From the sequence record NC_047830.1: a DNA stretch of 53,092 nucleotides. One strand, given 5' to 3'. A model generated the notes under the pieces. That model worked only from the letters and a program-made list of their open reading frames with translations, was not told the origin of the DNA and ran no database searches. Each line of letters starts with the position of its first letter. The first letter of the stretch is position 1. This document shows positions 34,581 through 44,537 of the stretch, piece after piece. Source of the DNA: Escherichia phage ST32. The position numbers were made by a program, and so were the translations under genes.

Positions 34581-34970
34581 ATGATAACACTGACCGATTT
34601 GGTTAAACGTTATCCGGCAATGGCTGACATGACCCCAGAGCGTTTTGACATATTAGTTGAAGATGCGAAACTTATCATGGGGACAATCGAATCGCGTTGG
34701 TGTGGGTTTTATGACCCAGCTATGGCATCGCTTATAGCGCATTGGTCTGCAACAATTGATGACCTAATGCCTGGTGATGCCGCAATGCCAGCTATGCCTG
34801 TTAGTCGTACCGATGTGGACGATGTTCAGGTAGAGTTTAGCGACCGAATCATTTCAACAATTCCATATGTTGAAGCTGATTTCATGTCTACTGTGTACGG
34901 TCAACGTTACTTGCAATGGCGGCGAATGGCATTTGCTGGGCCGAGGGTTAGCCCTGGGTCACAGTTTTGA
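34581..34970 (+). CDS. head-tail joining / structural protein (hypothetical)
   Basis: ORF abutting upstream stop. Confidence 0.5.
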   Translation: MITLTDLVKRYPAMADMTPERFDILVEDAKLIMGTIESRWCGFYDPAMASLIAHWSATIDDLMPGDAAMPAMPVSRTDVDDVQVEFSDRIISTIPYVEADFMSTVYGQRYLQWRRMAFAGPRVSPGSQF

Positions 34971-35329
34971 TTAACCAGCGTCGAGCATTTAACCGCTACA
35001 CAACCACTCGTATGTATCTTGAGGTATATCAAGAGGGCTACTACGATGACAAAAATAATTGGGTTGGTGATTCATATGCTCCAAAGAAACCCATCCGATG
35101 TACTCCCATACCTTATGGTGACAGGGATTCTGGCGTAAGCGGCCAATCGCTTAAAGCTACAGAAGTCGGAGAGCGCCAACCTGCATTCATGCAAGTACAT
35201 TCCCGAACTGAAATGCCGATGAAGTCTATCCTTACTATCTACGGCCTTCGTTATAAAGTTATTTCTGTTTCTGACTACAAGGCGGCTGGGTTCTTTGAAG
35301 TCATTGCTGCTAAGGAGTTAGAGAAATGA
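34967..35329 (+). CDS. structural protein (hypothetical)
   Basis: ORF, TTGA overlap. Confidence 0.45.
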   Translation: MINQRRAFNRYTTTRMYLEVYQEGYYDDKNNWVGDSYAPKKPIRCTPIPYGDRDSGVSGQSLKATEVGERQPAFMQVHSRTEMPMKSILTIYGLRYKVISVSDYKAAGFFEVIAAKELEK

Positions 35330-35838
35330 TTTACGATGAAGATATTCAGGCGATGAAGGATATTGTGGACGTCTGTGTTGGCGTCCCACGCTTCTCTTAT
35401 GAGATGCAGATAAACGCACCTCGACCAGCTGATAACTACGCCGCAATAAAGTGTGTGTCGTCAGTTAATCCAGGCTTTGATGAAACTCGAATCGAAGTCC
35501 GTAATGGTGAGGAAGTCTTTGTTACGAGAGGGATTCGAATTCTAACTTTCTACATTCTCTTCTCACGTCGTGGGAGTGAATATGTTAAGTTCGACAATTC
35601 CTTCTTCCGTCCAGATGTTCAGGCCATGCTTAAGAGCAAAGGCTTTGCAACACTCGACAAAAATCCACTGAATCTTGCCTCGTTAACTCTTGAGACGAAT
35701 TGGGAATTCCGAGAAGGAATCCAAATCAAATTCAATGTTCTGCGTGAAGACGTAATGAATATTGGAACAATGTCTGACGCCAGTGTTGGCGGCAAATTCT
35801 ATGATGGTGGTGAACCCATCCTAATTAAGGGAATCTAA
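35326..35838 (+). CDS. structural protein (hypothetical)
   Basis: ORF with GGAG RBS, ATGA overlap. Confidence 0.55.
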   Translation: MIYDEDIQAMKDIVDVCVGVPRFSYEMQINAPRPADNYAAIKCVSSVNPGFDETRIEVRNGEEVFVTRGIRILTFYILFSRRGSEYVKFDNSFFRPDVQAMLKSKGFATLDKNPLNLASLTLETNWEFREGIQIKFNVLREDVMNIGTMSDASVGGKFYDGGEPILIKGI

Positions 35839-37287
35839 ATGGCAATTCCAATTTCCGATATCATCCAGGTCAACATCGCGGTATCTCCGAATGCTGTTGC
35901 CGTGGAGGGTTTTGGTCCGCTCCTGTTCTTGAGCAAGCAGTTTGTTCCAGCGCCGGGCGAACGTGTTCCTGTGCGCCAGTATACCAGCATGGCTGCTGTA
36001 TCTGCTGATTTCCCATCCGGTGAAATTTACAATGCAGCTTTAGCGTGGTTTTCTCAGAAACCGACTCCGAAGTATTTCCTTGTGGGTGCTATCACTCATG
36101 AAGATGTTACTCCGGCAACTTCTGGGTCTGTCACGGCATCTGCTGCTGCAACTCTGGAAACTATCACTGCGTTAACCAATGGCGTGCTGTCCATTAACGT
36201 TGATGGCGTAGACCGTTCTACCGCTCCAATCAACTTCTCTTCTGCTCACGACTTTGATGCTGCTACCTCCATGGCAAACGCGGCACTGGTTGCTGCTGGT
36301 ATTCCAGTAACCATGTCTAACAGCGAAGGTACTTTCAAAATTGTTACCAAGTCTGTAGGTGCTAAATCCATTATTGGTGACGTATACGGCTCTGCTGCTC
36401 CAGCATTCAAACTGGATGCGGAATCAAGTCCGGTGTATGTGCATGGTACTGATGAAGTATCTGCAGGTTCCGACCTGAACGCAATCCTAAACTCAACGTT
36501 CGACTTCTTCTTCGTTGCAATCGACCGCAAATATCGTGGCAGTTCTTCTGGCAATGTTCAGATGACTGTTGCTAAGTGGGCAGAAGCAAACGAGAAAGTG
36601 TTTGGCTGGGCCGATAACGACCCACAGATTCTGGTTGTTGGTGCAGAATCTAGCTTCAAACGAGCTAAAGAACAGAACCTCCAGCGTACCCTGCTGGTAT
36701 ATGACGCCTCTGACAATGGTGACGAATATCCAGAGATTTCTATCCTGGGCCGTGCATCTACTGTCAACTTCAACGTTGCAAACTCTGCACTCGTTCTGGC
36801 ATTTAAACAAGGTCCGGCTATCAAGACTGCTGACCTGTCCCCGAACCAGCTCGCTGCACTTGAGCGTGTAAATGGTAACGCATTCATCAACGTTGGTGGG
36901 AACACTATGTTCTACAACGGCAAGATGGCTGACGGCACTTGGTTCGATACCGTTCAGGGTGTATCTTGGCTGACCTCTAAAGTTCGTGCCAACGTGTTCA
37001 ACCTGTTCTATACCTCTACGACCAAGATTCCTTGGACCGATACTGGTGTGGCTCTGGTGAACCAACAGGTTACTCTGGCTCTGGAACTGGCTGTGACTAA
37101 TGGTCTGATTGCTCCAGGTTACGACAACGAAGGCAACTTCTACCCAGATGGTTACAAAGTCTTGTCTACCGACTTGGCTCTGATGCAATCTCAGAAAGGT
37201 GCTCGTATCTGGGAAGGTACTTCCTTCATTGCGATTGGTTCTGGTGCACTGCAAGGTGCAGTTATCTCCGGCAACTTCGTTCAGTAA
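35839..37287 (+). CDS. tail sheath protein (putative)
   Basis: 482 aa, host-like codon usage, immediately upstream of tube-sized gene, chaperone pair and tape measure. Confidence 0.65.
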   Translation: MAIPISDIIQVNIAVSPNAVAVEGFGPLLFLSKQFVPAPGERVPVRQYTSMAAVSADFPSGEIYNAALAWFSQKPTPKYFLVGAITHEDVTPATSGSVTASAAATLETITALTNGVLSINVDGVDRSTAPINFSSAHDFDAATSMANAALVAAGIPVTMSNSEGTFKIVTKSVGAKSIIGDVYGSAAPAFKLDAESSPVYVHGTDEVSAGSDLNAILNSTFDFFFVAIDRKYRGSSSGNVQMTVAKWAEANEKVFGWADNDPQILVVGAESSFKRAKEQNLQRTLLVYDASDNGDEYPEISILGRASTVNFNVANSALVLAFKQGPAIKTADLSPNQLAALERVNGNAFINVGGNTMFYNGKMADGTWFDTVQGVSWLTSKVRANVFNLFYTSTTKIPWTDTGVALVNQQVTLALELAVTNGLIAPGYDNEGNFYPDGYKVLSTDLALMQSQKGARIWEGTSFIAIGSGALQGAVISGNFVQ

Positions 37288-37297
37288 GGTGCGATAA

Positions 37298-37753
37298 GTG
37301 AAACAATATTCTTTCTATAATACCGACCTCATTATCGACGGTGCTCGTGTAGATGGTTTTACTTCTGGTAACTCCATTATCACTGCTCGTCGTAACGCAC
37401 CTCAACACCTGCCTGTTATTGACGCGTATGGTAAGTTGGCTGTAGCTACTACGGCTGACTTATCCGGCACTATTACTTTCCCGCTTCTGCAAACCGCAGA
37501 CTGGAACGAAATCCTGTACAGCCGTGCTCAGTTAACTCAGGCAACTGGCCTGTCTGGTAACAAATCTCTGTGGCAACCGCTCCAGATTCAGATTGTTGAC
37601 AAGATGGGTGATGTGCTGGTCAATGGTGTAAACGGCGCTATCTTGCAGCAACCTGCAATTCAGCGTGGTGTGTCCTTCACGTCTAACGTGTGGTCTATCT
37701 TTGTAGAGCGCCTCCAGATTAAGACTGGCTCTTATCCGGAAATTGGCGTTTAA
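37298..37753 (+). CDS. tail tube protein (putative)
   Basis: 151 aa ORF after sheath gene; AAGGTG RBS before GTG start. Confidence 0.6.
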   Translation: MKQYSFYNTDLIIDGARVDGFTSGNSIITARRNAPQHLPVIDAYGKLAVATTADLSGTITFPLLQTADWNEILYSRAQLTQATGLSGNKSLWQPLQIQIVDKMGDVLVNGVNGAILQQPAIQRGVSFTSNVWSIFVERLQIKTGSYPEIGV

Positions 37754-37764
37754 TTGGAGTAAGT

Positions 37765-38223
37765 ATGGCTTGTGAATTGCTTCAACGTGAATTCACAAAC
37801 TCCAAAGGCGAAACAGTGTTAGTCGTTGTTCGACAATTGTCGGCTTCGGCTGCACTGTCTCTTCACGCGGAGTTGGTAAGCAAGTTAGGCTCACGAGTAT
37901 TTCCATTCATCGAAGGTAAATATAACTTCGCTGATATTATATACTTGATGCAGCAAGTAGAGCATACCGTATTCACAGAATTGTTTAAGCGTGTTATCAG
38001 CATGCACTCGTCCATAGACGGACAAGAAATCAAACCTGCATTATATGATATGCAGTTCAATGGCGAATTGATGTTGTCTTGCCATGTCTTTGCTTTCGTG
38101 CTCGAAGCAAACTTCCTTGATTTTTTCAAGCAAGGGCTCGAAATCAACGAACAGAGACGATTGGAGGCGGAGGAAGCATCCAAGCTGGCAGAGCAGAAGA
38201 ATTCGAGTCCGGAGACAGTTTAG
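37765..38223 (+). CDS. tail assembly chaperone
   Basis: position between tube and tape measure; overlapping ORF in another frame; T6 slippery run. Confidence 0.6.
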   Translation: MACELLQREFTNSKGETVLVVVRQLSASAALSLHAELVSKLGSRVFPFIEGKYNFADIIYLMQQVEHTVFTELFKRVISMHSSIDGQEIKPALYDMQFNGELMLSCHVFAFVLEANFLDFFKQGLEINEQRRLEAEEASKLAEQKNSSPETV

Positions 38224-38299
38224 TATCCCTGTTCCCCGACATAAAATATTTTCTGCATCGTCCTATAATCGAAGACAGTTCTCTCTGCAAGTTACGTGA
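38084..38299 (+). CDS. tail assembly chaperone frameshift extension (expressed as fusion via +1/-2 shift at 38121-38126)
   Basis: ORF in +1 frame relative to 37765-38223, no RBS at its ATG, extends 76 nt beyond the chaperone stop. Confidence 0.4.
   Translation: MSLLSCSKQTSLIFSSKGSKSTNRDDWRRRKHPSWQSRRIRVRRQFSIPVPRHKIFSASSYNRRQFSLQVT
38121..38126 (+). other. candidate programmed frameshift site (TTTTTT followed by C) in tail chaperone gene
   Basis: homopolymeric T6 run inside the 140-nt two-frame overlap. Confidence 0.45.
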
Positions 38300-38382
38300 A
38301 TTGCAAGATGGAACCTATTCGATTATGGACTTATTGCTATTCCACGACATTCTCGATTTGCGTAAGAAACTCGAACCAGTAG

Positions 38383-41300
38383 ATGAAGACAATGGCTAAT
38401 CAAAAAGATTTAATGAAGTTGAGCGTTAATGAGTTAATTGCATTAGGCTCTCAAAGCGGTCTGACTTTCCATGCTGGTATGAAGAAGTCGCACATGGTTC
38501 AACAACTTAGTGCGAGCGCTGCTTCGGGATGGCTGGATACAAATGCAGAATTAATGGGTGGGTCGTTTGAAGATGACAGTTTAATTACTGAATCTTTGGG
38601 CGACTCTTCCATGATTTCAGACGCTGCCCACATTGCACAAGTGCTTTCAAGTGCTGGCTACACAGAAGCATTTCATGCAGCAATGAATGGCCCAACACAC
38701 CATGTAGAAGCTGTTCACGCATACATGGAAAGGCTTGGCGTCAACACAGATGATGTGTGGATGCACATGCCAAAGCCAAATCCGAACTTACCGCAAGGTA
38801 GCTTCAACATGCTTAATGCCTATATGCGAGATACTTTGCAAGGGCATCAAGATATTATGCCAGAAATCCCAGGCCACTATGCTGGGGATATTATGGCTGA
38901 ATACTCCACCAACCGTGGAAACATTGCCGACTCATACAACTACATGGCTCACATGTATGTTGACCGTGAGCAGTACAGCAATCATGAACAATACGCAAGA
39001 GACATTAGTCGAGTTGCCAAACGTCTGGAACAAGAGTTACCCGCAGCCTTTAAGGAAGTTGGGTATACCTCGGCCTCTAATGTAGGAAATAAATCGGCCC
39101 CACATATTTCTTACATGGATGCACTTCCTCAGATTGGCTCTCATTCAATTGTTTCTGGCATTGCACATCCTCGTGCGCCTCTTAACGCATCTGGACTTCC
39201 TCTTGGTTCATATGGTTCTGGCATAAATCCAGAATACTCCCTCACTGCATCATTAACTGGTGGCACAGGTTGGAGCGAACCAAGCAAGGCTTTATATTCC
39301 TCTATTAGTGAAGCTGTTAAATCTGCTGCCAAAGTTTATTCTGGCTCCAAAGGGATGATGAATACTCGTCACGAAGTATCTGACCGTGACATGATTATGG
39401 ACAGCGCAACTCGCTATACAGATTTGGAAGAAGCCAGAAGCGGGTATGAAAACCTTCGTTCTGAACTTGCAGATGAACCAGCTTATTCTGCATCGAGTGT
39501 TCGAGCTATTCTCGAAAACACTTACGACAAAATGGATGCCGAACCTGTTCGCATTCCAAAGATGAAGGGAGCTTCACAGCGAATCGAAAAAGATTCGCAA
39601 CCAACATCTACAGAATTTACAGCACAACTTGGAGAGGCCACCAATTGGAACTCTGCAAGAATGCGTCGTGAGGAAATTGCGATTGCAAATATGGATAGTG
39701 CTGGATTCCGTGATGTATCAGACTATGGCACAGGACGTTCCGAGTCTCCCGTCAGATTCCACGACTTAGAACAGGGTAGCCAAGAGTGGTTAGACTTCCG
39801 TAAAAATTATGACATAACTGGCTCAACTGTTGGAACTTTCTTAGGAAACAACCCGTACACCCGACCTTGGGCGGGAATGATTGACAAGATTGGTCTATCT
39901 CGTAGTAAAGAGCACAGCGATTTCACCAAGAAGATGTTCGCTGATGGTCACAGGACGGAAGAAGAAGCACGCGCTCGTGTTGGTAAGGAATTTGGATTCG
40001 ATATCAAACAAACTGGCGCTATAACAAATGACAACTATCCCGCCTTCATGTATTCTCCTGATGGTCTTATTGGCGATGATGCCATTTGGGAGCATAAGAA
40101 TCCGCAAAGGGCTGGTAAGTTTGCTGACCTTCTTAAAGGCGACCATCCAGATTACATGGACCAAATTCAATTTGGTATGCACGTTTCTGGCCGTTCTCGT
40201 GCTTTGTTCTCACAAACCATCAACGACGAAACACGTTCGCAATGGATTGAGAAGGACGAAGGATGGTACGAGAGAAACCGAAATCGCCTTGATTCTGTGC
40301 TTGGCCGCCTTGATGCTGGGCGAGAGTTTGTTAGAAACAATGCTGGACTAGACCGAGAAGAACTGATTGCTGGTGCAAGAAGTGCAATGACTGGTGACGG
40401 AATCTGGAAGGATATTCGTCAAAGGTCAACTCGTGGCTATTCTGCCGTTGCTGGAACTCCAGAAGACCCATTCATTGGTTCACGTTCTTCATACAATCCA
40501 ACGGCATCTTACTCAGACTACCAGCCAAACTTTGTAATGCACGAGCAAAACTTTCCAGCAACCACAGGAAATGGGGATACTGGAAACGACTCGATGGCAT
40601 TGTCTGTTAAGAAAGGTATCCTTGCTGCTCAGGAAGAAAACAGGCAGAAGGGTATCGGTGCAGATGCAGACTTTAACGGCAAAGCCGATTCAATGGGTTG
40701 GGACCGCGAAAGATTTGATGCTGCCAATGGCGGTGGATATTCTGGCGGTGGCGGTGGTCGTGGCGGTAACTTCACAAGTGGTGGCAACTACTATGATGAC
40801 TACGGTCGCATGGGTGGTTCACTAGCTGCTGGTATTGCTGGTGGCAGTATTGGTTCAGCAACCAACGGAGTTATGCAAGCATTGATGGCAACTCCTGCCG
40901 GACGTATGGCTGCTGTGGGCATTGGTGCTATTCAGATTGGCAATGAAGCTGCTGAATACATGAATGACTTTATCGGCAATTCGCTTGATGCTGGTGTGAT
41001 AAATCCTAATGAATACTCTTCTATGTCGCAAGGCTTGGAGATGTTAGGACTAAACTCCCAACAAGCGGCACGTCTGAATCAAACCGCACATAGTGCCTAC
41101 AACACCATGCTTAACGGCGACCCCAGCGCCGCTGTGAACATCGTTCGCGGCAGTAGGGGATTGCTCACCATAGGTGATATTCGTGCGACAGGCGGCGACC
41201 CTGTGGCCCTGGCTCGCATCATGCAGGAAAGGGGCAAGGAGCGTGGCTGGAGTCAGGCCCGTATCGCAGGTGCTGCCGAAATGGCTGGCCTGAATGGGAT

Positions 41301-42108
41301 GGCGCGAGCCTACGACCGCACTGAATACAGTCATGAGCAAGCTGGTTCGGTGGTAGAAGCGGGTAGAAACTCTGACTTTGCCGAAGGTATGGCCCAATCG
41401 GAAATGTTGCAGGGAAGCCGCGCACGGATGCTGCCGAGCTATAACGTGCCACAAAGTGTCTTATCTAACGGTGCTTCCGTATTTGAGGCTGGCAGTGATG
41501 CACTTGATAGTGTACGCACTGGATTCAACAATACGCGAGAATTTGCTGGAAGTGTTTACGACTTTATCGCCCAAGAAGAATCTGGCGGTCGTGAATATAA
41601 CAAGGATGGTTCCCGTGTAACAAGTCGTACTGGTGCTCGTGGGATAATGCAGATTCTTCCTTCAACAGCCCGTGACCCAGGATTTGGAATCAGGCCATCT
41701 GATGGAACTCCGGAAGATGATGCGCGAGTTGGTCGTGAATACTATGACGCAATGTACAAGCGTTATGGCGACCACGAAAAGGCAATGGCTGCTTACACCG
41801 ATGGTCCTGGCACTGTTGACAAAGCTGTTGATAAGAATGGGTTGGATTGGCTAACTGCTGTTCCTGTACAAGCACAGAATCGCGTCAAAGCATTCCGTGA
41901 ATGGTCCAAGTCTTCTCAGTCTTTGGAAGAAGGTGCTACAGGGTTTACTCGTAATGGAATGTCATACGGTCAAACCCAAACTGTTGTTAATGTTAAGATT
42001 GATGCTAAGGTCAACAACCAGACTGCCTCTGCTACAGTGGCAATTCCTGGTGGCCAGACTGTAACTCAACAGATGAACATGAACAACGGTGCGCAACAAA
42101 GAAGATAA
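38383..42108 (+). CDS. tape measure protein with embedded YqaJ-like nuclease domain and C-terminal lytic transglycosylase domain
   Basis: 1241 aa after tail chaperones; N-terminal Rho-N/SAP-like segment; QGSQEWLDFR...ITGSTVG...SPDGLIGDD..WEHKNP (YqaJ-like); GARGIMQILPSTARDPGFG (SLT-like); Gly-rich tract. Confidence 0.75.
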   Translation: MKTMANQKDLMKLSVNELIALGSQSGLTFHAGMKKSHMVQQLSASAASGWLDTNAELMGGSFEDDSLITESLGDSSMISDAAHIAQVLSSAGYTEAFHAAMNGPTHHVEAVHAYMERLGVNTDDVWMHMPKPNPNLPQGSFNMLNAYMRDTLQGHQDIMPEIPGHYAGDIMAEYSTNRGNIADSYNYMAHMYVDREQYSNHEQYARDISRVAKRLEQELPAAFKEVGYTSASNVGNKSAPHISYMDALPQIGSHSIVSGIAHPRAPLNASGLPLGSYGSGINPEYSLTASLTGGTGWSEPSKALYSSISEAVKSAAKVYSGSKGMMNTRHEVSDRDMIMDSATRYTDLEEARSGYENLRSELADEPAYSASSVRAILENTYDKMDAEPVRIPKMKGASQRIEKDSQPTSTEFTAQLGEATNWNSARMRREEIAIANMDSAGFRDVSDYGTGRSESPVRFHDLEQGSQEWLDFRKNYDITGSTVGTFLGNNPYTRPWAGMIDKIGLSRSKEHSDFTKKMFADGHRTEEEARARVGKEFGFDIKQTGAITNDNYPAFMYSPDGLIGDDAIWEHKNPQRAGKFADLLKGDHPDYMDQIQFGMHVSGRSRALFSQTINDETRSQWIEKDEGWYERNRNRLDSVLGRLDAGREFVRNNAGLDREELIAGARSAMTGDGIWKDIRQRSTRGYSAVAGTPEDPFIGSRSSYNPTASYSDYQPNFVMHEQNFPATTGNGDTGNDSMALSVKKGILAAQEENRQKGIGADADFNGKADSMGWDRERFDAANGGGYSGGGGGRGGNFTSGGNYYDDYGRMGGSLAAGIAGGSIGSATNGVMQALMATPAGRMAAVGIGAIQIGNEAAEYMNDFIGNSLDAGVINPNEYSSMSQGLEMLGLNSQQAARLNQTAHSAYNTMLNGDPSAAVNIVRGSRGLLTIGDIRATGGDPVALARIMQERGKERGWSQARIAGAAEMAGLNGMARAYDRTEYSHEQAGSVVEAGRNSDFAEGMAQSEMLQGSRARMLPSYNVPQSVLSNGASVFEAGSDALDSVRTGFNNTREFAGSVYDFIAQEESGGREYNKDGSRVTSRTGARGIMQILPSTARDPGFGIRPSDGTPEDDARVGREYYDAMYKRYGDHEKAMAAYTDGPGTVDKAVDKNGLDWLTAVPVQAQNRVKAFREWSKSSQSLEEGATGFTRNGMSYGQTQTVVNVKIDAKVNNQTASATVAIPGGQTVTQQMNMNNGAQQRR

Positions 42109-42141
42109 GGAGTTGGGGAGAAATCCCCAGCTTTCCTTTTA

Positions 42142-42158
42142 CATTAGTTGAATATGTA
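42142..42158 (+). promoter_or_regulatory. promoter-like motif CATTAGTTGAATATGTA
   Basis: family member, 24 bp upstream of gene 42182. Confidence 0.4.
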
Positions 42159-42181
42159 TTAATTTCAATAGGTATATCGCA

Positions 42182-43291
42182 ATGCCGTGGCTACGCAGAG
42201 TTGAAGTAATAGTTTCACGTAAAGAAGACCCAAGCATTCGGACGGTATTTAAATCACATCGTATTGATTTTGAAGTCCGTTCCACTGTTGGGTGGCCCGC
42301 CGATACAGCAAACATAACTCTGTTTAACTTGTCGTTAGAAGAAGTTAAGTTCCTCCAAGACAAGTCCTACGGAGATATGTATATTGAAATTCGTGCAGGG
42401 TATGCAGAAGATGAACGCTCCGATTCTGGTGGCGGGGCTTCTAGCGGTGGTGTTAAGAAGTTTGGTCAAAAGGCTGAACAGAGTGACCGCGTAACAGTGT
42501 CCACCTCACTGCCAACCATCTTCTCTGGCATTATCACAAACGCAGTTGGCTACAGAAAGCCTCCTGAACATGTAACACAACTGTTCTGTATTTCTAAGGC
42601 ATATGGTGCATCAACTGATTTCAAACAGCTGACTGCAATCAAACCTGGAACCAAGCTCATTGATGCAATGCGCTCAATGTGTTCTGACTATGGATTCAAT
42701 ACCATCTCCACATTTGGTGTTGAAGATTCAGTCCTTGAAACAGTAATGCCTCGTGGGCGTGTGTTTCATGACACATTCTTGAATGAATTTCGTAACATGC
42801 TTGGCGAATACAATTTGCTATACACTGTTACAACTGGTGAAGTTCAAATCTTCCCAGACACCTTTGGTGATAAAGATGCAGTAAACAGAATGTCCAAAGA
42901 CAGAGAGCCAGTTAAGCTGGATGCCAACTCAGTCATTGGAAATCCTGTTGCTGGAATCTGCACCTATACTTTAAACACATTCCTAAACCCATCTTTCCAA
43001 CCAGGGATGATTCTTGATGTATCTCCTTTGCTGGGAGACGAACTACTTGCCAATGGTGTAACCTCTGTTTCAGGGGAAGGTATTGTTCTTAACACAGACC
43101 AGTCCGTATTCCGGTGGGCTGTTGAAGACAAATACTTCATCATGGAAGTTGTGCATAAAGGCTCGACTCACTCAACCATTTATCAAACATCAATCACTGC
43201 AATATTGGGTGGCAATACAATGATGGGTGGTAAGGAAGCTGCGTGGCAGGAAATGTATGCTAACAGTGGAATGGCAATGGAGTCATTTTAA
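42182..43291 (+). CDS. tail/baseplate structural protein (hypothetical)
   Basis: ORF after tape measure. Confidence 0.55.
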   Translation: MPWLRRVEVIVSRKEDPSIRTVFKSHRIDFEVRSTVGWPADTANITLFNLSLEEVKFLQDKSYGDMYIEIRAGYAEDERSDSGGGASSGGVKKFGQKAEQSDRVTVSTSLPTIFSGIITNAVGYRKPPEHVTQLFCISKAYGASTDFKQLTAIKPGTKLIDAMRSMCSDYGFNTISTFGVEDSVLETVMPRGRVFHDTFLNEFRNMLGEYNLLYTVTTGEVQIFPDTFGDKDAVNRMSKDREPVKLDANSVIGNPVAGICTYTLNTFLNPSFQPGMILDVSPLLGDELLANGVTSVSGEGIVLNTDQSVFRWAVEDKYFIMEVVHKGSTHSTIYQTSITAILGGNTMMGGKEAAWQEMYANSGMAMESF

Positions 43292-44178
43292 TGTCTATCT
43301 TTGATACCGACCTCATTGGTGGTGTGTCCTCCGGCTTGAAGAATTTCAGCTACGGGCATCATCCATCTATTGTTATGTGGTCCAATGGACCTGCATCTCA
43401 GAAGGAAGAGGAATCTGGGCTGTTTGGTGGATTTGCGAAATCGCTTGAGAGCTTACCTGTTGTTGGTGAAGCTGCCACCGAAAGTTTTAACTCTTTTAAA
43501 TTTGATGCAATGGTTAGTGAAGAACATGCGTCTGAAACAACTGTAACCAAGTTCCCTGTTAGTTCTGGCTTCATGGTTAGTGACCATGTTATTAACCAGA
43601 ACAGGGTACTTAAGCTGACTGCCGTTGCTGTCAACATGCAGAACTCCTCCATGTGGTCTGCATCTGTACAAGGTTTATCTGTTGCTTCTGGCGCAATCTT
43701 CAATAGCCCAATCATCCCAATCCTTGGTGGAATTGCTGGTGGCGTTGCTTCTGCATTTGAAACAAGCAACCGAATACAGTCTACCTACGATTTGTTTAAC
43801 AGCTTCCGTGTTACGGGGCAGAAGTTATACATTTCCACCATTCTGGGGCCTTATTTGAATTGTGTAGTAACCTCAATCAAAACCAAACATGATAAGATGA
43901 CTTCTGCAATGTTGTCAGTTGAAATCTTGTTTGAAGAATTGCAGACAGTAGGTGAAGATGTTCTTGCCAGCGAAGCTCGTAAGGCAATGGAATCAATGTC
44001 TGATTATTCTGAATTTGCGAAGGTTGCTCAAAGTTTGGGGATGGGTGTTCTTGGAGGTGTTCCACTTCCAGGACTTGGTGCTCTTGGCACTCCTCCAACC
44101 AAACAGCTATCCAACTTGAAAGGTAAGTTGAGTAAACTTGCTTCTCCACTTTCTTCTATCAAGGGACGTATCCTATGA
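43291..44178 (+). CDS. tail/baseplate structural protein (hypothetical)
   Basis: ORF, TAATG overlap. Confidence 0.55.
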   Translation: MSIFDTDLIGGVSSGLKNFSYGHHPSIVMWSNGPASQKEEESGLFGGFAKSLESLPVVGEAATESFNSFKFDAMVSEEHASETTVTKFPVSSGFMVSDHVINQNRVLKLTAVAVNMQNSSMWSASVQGLSVASGAIFNSPIIPILGGIAGGVASAFETSNRIQSTYDLFNSFRVTGQKLYISTILGPYLNCVVTSIKTKHDKMTSAMLSVEILFEELQTVGEDVLASEARKAMESMSDYSEFAKVAQSLGMGVLGGVPLPGLGALGTPPTKQLSNLKGKLSKLASPLSSIKGRIL

Positions 44179-44537
44179 TTGAGCAGGAACATCAAGCTCT
44201 AAAACAGATTGCTGAACTTCTGCCCACCGGATATGTGAAGAGTGTTCCTTACAATATAAGTAAGGATGTTTCGTTTGAATTTAATGGTGTGACAGTTAAA
44301 ATGTCTGCACTGTATTTAAACGAATACTTAAACTGCTACATGTTTGACCTGGCTTGGGGAGCAACGGATAAGATATTCGGCATCCCAATTCGATGTGGGA
44401 TTAATATCCTTAAGCAGTACAAAACTCCGCTACCAAACATGTATGCAGCCAACACAGTATTCCCTGGTGAAGAAGTAACAAGCTACAGGCAACTCTACCT
44501 GTTCATTATTGACGAGAGTGTACTTGAACGTGGCTAG
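44175..44537 (+). CDS. baseplate protein (hypothetical)
   Basis: ORF with AAGGGA RBS, ATGA overlap. Confidence 0.5.
   Translation: MIEQEHQALKQIAELLPTGYVKSVPYNISKDVSFEFNGVTVKMSALYLNEYLNCYMFDLAWGATDKIFGIPIRCGINILKQYKTPLPNMYAANTVFPGEEVTSYRQLYLFIIDESVLERG

Noticed and set aside
36493-37254. 253-aa minus-strand ORF inside the tail sheath gene
   Set aside because: Antisense shadow ORF produced by the biased codon usage of a highly expressed gene.
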